The notes below the pieces were generated by a model. It ran no database searches. It saw only the letters and a program-made list of their open reading frames with translations, and was not told where the DNA came from. Source: Leidyana gryllorum EB-2025a (taxonomy: Eukaryota > Protista > Apicomplexa). From it: 64,000 nucleotides of DNA. Below, in pieces: positions 56,948-64,000 of this stretch. The position numbers were made by a program, and so were the translations under genes. The number at the start of each line of letters is the position of its first letter. Position 1 is the stretch's first letter. Location: NCBI GenBank assembly GCA_048772705.1, contig JBLWGC010000035.1, forward strand, positions 310,001 to 374,000, written 5' to 3'.

Positions 56948-57247
56948 TGAACCTGAAATTTGGCGTGTCTCTCGCACCGGCAACTCCAACATGAAGTTTT
57001 CGTTCAAGTGTGTGAACAGCACAAAAATACAGATCTACTACTAATGTAAGTAAGAGAACGTGGATGCGAAACATCCTTTCAATGACGCGTGAGCCGCCCC
57101 CCATGTGCCAACAACCTATTAGAGATGTGGTGTTCTGCAACCAAGAGTAGGCGAAAGCGCCAATCAGTACGACTCACTCATTGATTCCGAAAGAGAAAGG
57201 GGTTGTGGCTGGCGACTGTCAAGTGAAAAGCTCCGAAACTCCTCCAT

Positions 57248-57693
57248 TCATTGTTTTGAAACCCGAGGTTCCGAGTTGCCGAGGCCCTCATAGTCTGTTA
57301 GCCTCCCGTCATAACTTGGTATTAATACTCCCATTTGTACATGCGCAGTGCTGGCCGACGCCAAAGATCCATGTTTAGGTTTCCATGACGTGTCATCAGC
57401 CACTTCAATAGTGGCCAATTCCAAGTCTGGTCCCGGCCTCAGTTTCAGACTCTGGTAGTATATCAGATAGTACATTCTGGAAACAACCCCTCGTCACAAA
57501 GTCACCATCTGTGGGTACCAACTCACATAATAACAAAGCTGCAAGAGAGACAAAGAGAGTTCAAACCGCTCACTCCCCCTTACAATACGGTAATAATCAA
57601 ACCCAGCAGAACCAAGAGTGTACAGGCAGTGCTCCAACCAAACTGTGTAACGTTATCATACTCCTCTTCCAAACTTCGCAACATCGCAAACAT
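57248..57693 (-). CDS. Small single-pass membrane protein with a 12-nt micro-exon
   Basis: MFAMLRSLEEEYDNVTQFGWSTACTLLVLLGLIITVF|FVII|MYYLIYYQ..; micro-exon 57527-57538 flanked by canonical cag and gtgagt. Confidence 0.6.
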
Positions 57694-58021
57694 CTCCTCA
57701 GCGTTAATACCATTTCATCTCGTAAAAATCCCGATACCTAATTAGCAAAATAAGATCAGATCTAGAGTACTATCACCAAAAGAGCGATAAGTGTCTCAGC
57801 CCCACACCAGAATGGGAATAGATGTCAATCAAATAGACCAACGCAGGTTGCGAATACCTTGAAACTGCCAGAATTACCCATTAACGACTTGTCTAATGTG
57901 TGTGCAAAAGTGTGTGTCCTCACTACGACCGCCCGATTTCTCAGCTCCAAACGGACACGTGGAGCACAAACGGTTGCTGATTAATGAATAGATACTGAGT
58001 GTTATGTAGTAGATTTGCCGA

Positions 58022-58219
58022 CTACGCACTCTTCTTCGAATCAGATGCCCCCTTAGAGTCTCGGTAGCTTTCTCGAAGCAGTAGAACCACCCTATCATTA
58101 TCATGTGTGACTTCCCTGGCCTCGGACGCAGCCCACCACAAGATTACAGCCCCGCATTGGACCAATCCAACTGTCAGGGCAAAGCCAAATGCCACTTTGC
58201 GCGAAAGTAGCTCTTCCAT
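58022..58219 (-). CDS. Possible small TM protein (first exon; 3' structure unresolved)
   Basis: MEELLSRKVAFGFALTVGLVQCGAVILWW hydrophobic segment; divergent from the gene at 58265. Confidence 0.35.
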   Translation of the reverse strand: MEELLSRKVAFGFALTVGLVQCGAVILWWAASEAREVTHDNDRVVLLLRESYRDSKGASDSKKSA

Positions 58220-58264
58220 AGTATTACAGTAATATTTGTTTGCAGGTGCATCACGCACCCCTAA

Positions 58265-59329
58265 ATGACGGTGACGGTGACCCCGCCAATTTCGTCCATC
58301 AAACCCTCACCCCCTGAGTATACAGGAATTAGCTCAGCAAGAGACGATTTATTGCGCAACAAACATGTGTATAAACAAGAAGGGCTTGTCCAACCGAGAC
58401 GTGCGCACCCCGATCGTTACGTTGACGGTGTGGCCACTCTCCTCAAGGAAGATAATTCGAACTCTTTGTCGGAATCCGCGCGGCCCTCAGCAACGCGAAG
58501 ACGCCGGGCAGAGGAGAACGCGGGCGCAGGGGTCTCAGACACACTAGCCTTCGACGACGCGGCCTCCCCGCCCCGACCCAGACGGGCAGTTAAGAAGACG
58601 TCATTGGACCCTCGTCAGCTGTTTGTGAGTCGATGGATACAACGTGACGATCCGGGCAAACGGTCAATGGAACTGATGGTCGGCCGCGTCCCCAACAGCG
58701 TCGATTATTTCAGTGTACCCACCCCCGACGACATCGATGTTTCCGCACTGTACAAACGCGAACGTCGAGCTGTCGATACTGTTCGGGACCCCAACAGAGA
58801 CAACCTCACGGTACGTTTCGTTCAACTCCCTCCTTCTATTGGCTGCTCAGCACAACGGGGCGCTAACCTGTCGCGATGACGCCGAAGTTGCAGATGCTCT
58901 GCCCAACGTTGAGGGCCGCTCGATGGAACTGCCATATTGTGCGGAGAATGACAATCCTGTCGAGGGTAGTCGTGATCATCTTGATGTAAGGATATGACAT
59001 GTCAAACGGTATAACATTTGACTTTATAGCGACGGTTGTACGTCGGAGATTCTTCCGAAAGGACATCAGTTAGACTCACAGGGCCACAGGGAGCGATAAC
59101 CAGTCTTACTGGAGACGGCGATAGGGAAGAAAAACAGAAGAGAGGGCGGCGGCAAGTCCGGGCCCAATGGATGGACACCGACTCCGGCCAAAGACTCAAG
59201 TCGCTGCTGCAATTTGACCAAACAACTGTTGCCGATGAAGAACCCCCCCTGTCGATAACAACGTCTCAGGAGTCTGTGAATGCGGAGAGAGAAGTCATAG
59301 CTCCACCTAATGAAGATGTTCAATGTTGA
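58265..59329 (+). CDS. Hypothetical low-complexity protein (3 exons)
   Basis: ORFs 58265, 58713 and 59036 join in frame via gtacgt..cag and gtaagg..tag introns. Confidence 0.6.
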
Positions 59330-59347
59330 TTTTTGATTTTGTTCCAC

Positions 59348-62300
59348 ATGGGCGGGACAAATGACCTGTCTCCCACTTCAACTGTGTCAACCACCAGTAG
59401 CACTCAAGCCAGCTTCTGTTTGAGTTGCACTCGCTCATATGAGGCTCTGGAGGAGAAGGCCATCGATCTTCAAGTCCCATATATATTGAGCACTATTGCT
59501 AATCGCATATATGGCAGAAGACAGAGTCATTGTCCACGCAAAGAGCAATGTCACCCCTTCCATATATTCTTCATGTTGTATAGTGTTCCCCTCCAGTGTG
59601 CTGCCCTGCCCGAGTCCATAAAGCATGGTATGCCGACACAGAAAACACGCAACTCTCTACAACATTCGATATACTAGATGTTGCGACTTTCCAAGCGGAG
59701 GCTAAAACTCTCTTCGCTGATCTGGTGTGGGCCGCGGCGAGAGTCTTGAAGAGTCAGAAGCGCCCCGAGGACCTCCGCACGGCCAATTTGCAGCTTGCTG
59801 CTGCCGAAATACTGTCGTAAGATTGTCGCACACGTGCGTGCACAGTTGGGCGGTTTTCAGAGGCAACTTAATTGCTGCGCGACGCCTAACTGACGAGTGT
59901 CTGGCGTCCCCTTCCAAAATGGGCCCGTCACGACCCCAATCCCACACTGAACCGCCATTTATCGTGCGGATTATAGTACTATTCCAAGTCTTTAGTCTGT
60001 TTCATGAAGGGAGTGCCAGCAAGGGACTGAAACTCATTAATGATTACAAAGACCTCTTCACCCAGGATCCTTGGGCTTCCAAATTGATTGCTGATGGATC
60101 GTTTTCAGACTCTGTAAGTTGACAGATGTGCCAACTCGTTGTCTTGCCTGTTCCGATGTTCCACAATGACCGCCTCGTCGATCAGAGGGATCGTGCCATA
60201 GGAGCTGATCTGTACGCCCACTTATTGGGAGTAAAAGCAGGAAGGGTGACGCCTGGTCCTAGTAACAAAGACGAGAGACGACAGGCTTCCTCCATTGGAC
60301 AGAAGCTGCCCTCAGAGCATGCTAGTCGAGTGGTGATGCGACTCTTTGATCACCGAAGTGACAACGGAGAACGTTTCAAGATATTGAAAGAGATTGAGAA
60401 CTTCCCAGGTGCTTGGAGGGAAGAGCCGGCCAGTTGGATAAATCACATATGTGCGCTGGAGTCGGCCTTAGATAACGGGTGAGCGGCGCCGTTTGACACT
60501 TGAGACACCTTGGTGCCTTCAGAGCACGATTGGAGGCTGAAAAAATAGCAGGCAAACTGGCCCCAATTCTGCCAGATGCCGGGAAGGAGACTGATGAGAT
60601 ACAGAGACTATACACACTGAGAACCATGTTGCGTCGAGACTTGTTCGCATCCGAGATCGAGTACGGGGAGAAACACCTGACTGAGAAAGCAGCGATACGA
60701 CACACGTTTGCGGACATCGTGTTTGCTGAGTGGTTGCCTTTGTGGCCTCCTGAAATGGTAAAGTATGCAATGGACTATGCAGAGTCGCCGTCGGTCCCCT
60801 CATATGAGATGGATCTCATGACGGTGGCCCGAGGGGAAATGCTTCTGGCCCACGAAGCCCTAATGCGGCAGGGATTACTGGCCTGTCTGAAACATGCTGA
60901 TCGAAGCCGAGCGTGTTACAAGCAGGGTGAAGAGGACATGTTGACTGTTCGGGGATCCACTTTCCCGTCGGCCAATGCTCAGTACGGCATCCCCCTGAAG
61001 CTTCCGGTAGTGGCCTGCTTGGCTCTGATCAAGTTGCTGTCAATTCAAGATACAGATGTCAATCCGAAGGTCAGAGAGGCGCTGACAAGATGGACAGCCG
61101 AAGTTTCCCGTTTGTCGGACGAAGGCCGTTTAAGTGGCGTTGTGCCACAACTGATGGCGGGGATCCTGAATCTGAAACTGTGGCCTGAGCCTAATATGCG
61201 GCTGGCGCTCAAACACTTGAAGACTGCGGCGTCTGTGTCAAGTGGGGGTAAATTAGGTACCAATCGTAGGCTGTCGGTCTTCCGTGCGGGGCATCAAGGG
61301 TCATCGATGCCCGAGATACGAGTGTCATATGATGATGTCGACTATGTCATAAATTTGGATCAAGAGAAGCTCTCATATGACCTCAGCGGTCCCCTGACTT
61401 ACAGGGCTCGTGAACAAGTTTGGGCCCTCTATATAGGCGTCTTCGAGTCGTCCTTCCGACAGACTTTGAGCTCCTATCTGTCCTCTGATGCGGAAACCAA
61501 TCCCGCAGCGGCTCGCATGACGGGTGTCACGGTGGAGAGGCTCTGTACGGAGCTATTGGCTCTGTACGAACAGCAACCAGCACGGGGGGGTGTGGAGCGT
61601 CGAGAATTGCATATGGCACTTCTGATCCGGTTCGATCGCATGAGAGATGCTCTGGCAATCGCCAACGGTCTGCGTAAAAGCGATCAACTCTCGGTGGACG
61701 CTGCATATTGGATAGCCGCGGATATGGTGCGGCGGAGTGATGACAAAGGGTGTGTCAGTCTGTGTGAGAAGATGTGGGACCGTTTGGAAGTGAGTCGAGA
61801 GCCAGAGAAGCATACGCGCTTTTATGAAATGTATGCCGCTTCCCTTCTCGAACTCGACAGAGTCGATGAGTGCCTTGAGAAGTATCACGCCATTGCCGCC
61901 AGCGATCCGGCCCACATTCGAGCTTTGTACAAGATAGCCTTGATAACGGAAGAACGACTACACAAACCTGATGATGCTATCAAGGATTACGACAAAGTTT
62001 TAGCGGCAGCAGATGAATTGGCCCATTCGGGGCGTATAGCCTCAGATGGGGACGACAGACTGAAGATCGCGAGGATTTTTCAACCAACGGGACCATCCCC
62101 GATCCTATTCACGGAAAAGGATGTGCAACGCTATAGACTGTGTGCCCTGTTGGCAACTGCTCTACACAAACTGCGGTGGCCAAGAGGACAGGTGGCGTCG
62201 GTGAGTCTGAAGTTTAGAGTCTCTCACGTCTTGTTAGGATGGCAGTATATACTTTACGGAGCGGGGCGCTCAGCTCGAGGAAGCTGCCCAATCGGTGACA

Positions 62301-64000
62301 GAAGTGCTGGATGCCAAGCCCACTAAACTGTTTGCGCATAACTTGAAGGCTGTTATAGCCAGTCGGAGAGGGAATTACGCCGAGCTCAAGACCGCTCTGT
62401 CGGCTGCGATTGCTTCTGCGGGCCGGAAGAATGACAATGTGATTGGGTACAGCGAGTTTCTCCTGGCTGTAGCTTGCGAGCGACTGTGTCTGACCTCAAT
62501 TGCCGAGGAGCACATCCAAAAATCAGTCGCAGCATCACCAGACTCTGTGTTGGCGATCTTCTATTCCGCTATATTGACTCTCAAGGCCGACAGTGCACAG
62601 ACCTTCGAGGAGACATTGGCTGCCACTCAAGTTTTGACCGAAAGGGCTCTGGCCGACGTCGGGTCCTCAGCCGAAGAAGTCACGATGATCAATGCATTCT
62701 ATCAGTATCTGAGGGGATTACAGAACCCGAAGGAGCAGATGGATTGCGCGAAACACATTGATGCCAGAATCAGTGAATTTGACGCGATGTCTCTGCGACC
62801 CGACTTTGGGAATCGTCAGGATTCTACTTTGCTGTGGTTGGCCCCACGAGATTATCGCCAGCAACTGCGATTGTGGCAATTGATACTCTTATTGAAGATA
62901 GACGCCTCTGTCAAAGTTATGGCAGTGGGGAACATTGACCTCACGAGCTTTATCAAAGCGTACACTCACGATGCTGCTTTGGAGGAGAGAAAGTATCTCC
63001 TGTCTCTGGGCCAAGTGTCGGGGTCAATACTGTTGGCCTCAAAGACGAGCACAGTGATTGACGAAGCTGTGAAGATTGTCGCTGAAATACCACTGGTGAA
63101 GGAACTCATCTACACCGCAGAGAAGTGTGTCTTAGAACGGTCTCTCTACCGTCTGGAGATTCGCAGAAAACTCAATCCGCGGAATCAATGGGTGATCCTC
63201 ACGGCTCCAGACTTGGATCTTCTCGAAGCCTTCGTTGTGTCCAAAGCATTGTCGACTTGGAAGCCACCCGTGATCTCCAGGGTTCCCAGACCTTCGCCTC
63301 CAGTGCCTCACATATCAGTGCGAGGACTATCACCCAAAATGAGTCCCCAGGCCGGACCTGCCAGAGCCAAAGGGGACGGCGCAGTCCAGCAAAAACGAAT
63401 GCCCGCAATGGATCGTCCGCTGAATCAAATGTTCAATGTGCCGCTGACCATCCCCATGTCAAAGTGTCTCCAAGCCAAAGACTTCGTGCTGGGCCCAGTT
63501 CTCGGGACCGGCGGCTTTGGAACTGTGTATAGCGGTCGTATGGTGGCAACAGGTCGTCCTGTGGCCATAAAGGTTCTGAAGGTCAGCTGGTCCCCTCAAG
63601 CTGCTAGAGACCTTCTAGCGGAGATCAACGCTATCGCAAAGCTGAAGCACGGAAATCTTGTCGAATTCGTCGGCGCATGTCTCGATATGCAGAAATTCTC
63701 TCTTGTGACAGAGCTTTGTGAACGAGGAAGTCTCTATGCTCGTTTACACCAATCTAATTCACCGCCTTGGCCATGGCTCAGGTGTTGTCAAGTCGCAGAT
63801 CAAATTGTCAGCGCCGTTGAGTATCTACACAATCAGACACCCAAAGTTGTGCATCGAGACCTCAAGTCCATGAACGTTGTCGTGAGTCTACACTTCTGTC
63901 ACCTCATCGCCTCTTCAGCTCGATCGAAACGGTGTCGCTAAAGTCTGCGACTTTGGATTGACACACTCCATGGAGCTCGGCAAGACCCACATGTCTATGG
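59348..64000 (+). CDS. Large TPR/helical-repeat + tyrosine kinase-like (TKL) protein kinase; runs off the window
   Basis: Seven exons link in frame; TPR-like HIRALYKIALITEERLHKPDDAIKDYDKVL; kinase motifs LGTGGFGTVY, VAIKVL, HGNLVEFVGAC, HRDLKSMNVV|LDRNGVAKVCDFGL. Confidence 0.88.

Noticed and set aside
1-64000. Alternative genetic code, frameshifts or pseudogenes to explain the fragmented ORFs
   Set aside because: The breaks I checked are all resolved by short canonical GT-AG introns under the standard code.

Overview
This window is eukaryotic, not prokaryotic. It comes from a very compact apicomplexan genome, probably gregarine-like (inferred from the GAPM1/GAPM2 glideosome genes, roughly balanced GC, many 35-55 nt GT-AG introns and intergenic gaps of 12-80 bp). 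The ORF track splits most genes, so I spliced them by hand. 1-34 kb is a dense conserved block: an A/B-like cyclin, a TPR-like protein, a secreted cbEGF protein, a SERF/ZNF706-like protein, an ALMT/FUSC-like transporter, one large LRR-ankyrin-split-FYVE gene, SPC25, a head-to-head GAPM2/GAPM1 pair, DUF2009, a PARP1-like gene, ARL2, a C2 protein, an AT3-like membrane protein and a prokaryotic-type CDP-DAG synthase. 34-58 kb is an intron-poor, lineage-specific region. It holds an E. coli-like deoC between two paralogous Cys-rich secreted proteins, three coiled-coil paralogues (one with a 69-bp VNTR), an SCCPDH-like gene and a claudin-like protein. It also holds a four-member family of single-pass TM/Cys-cluster/Pro-Tyr-tail proteins sharing an intron position, interleaved with an F-box gene, and an ncRNA locus: U5 (-) and U1 (+) with a shared non-canonical Sm site, a candidate C/D snoRNA and a duplicated ~60-bp element. 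The window ends inside a TPR + TKL kinase gene. Family calls come from motif recognition by eye, not from database searches.
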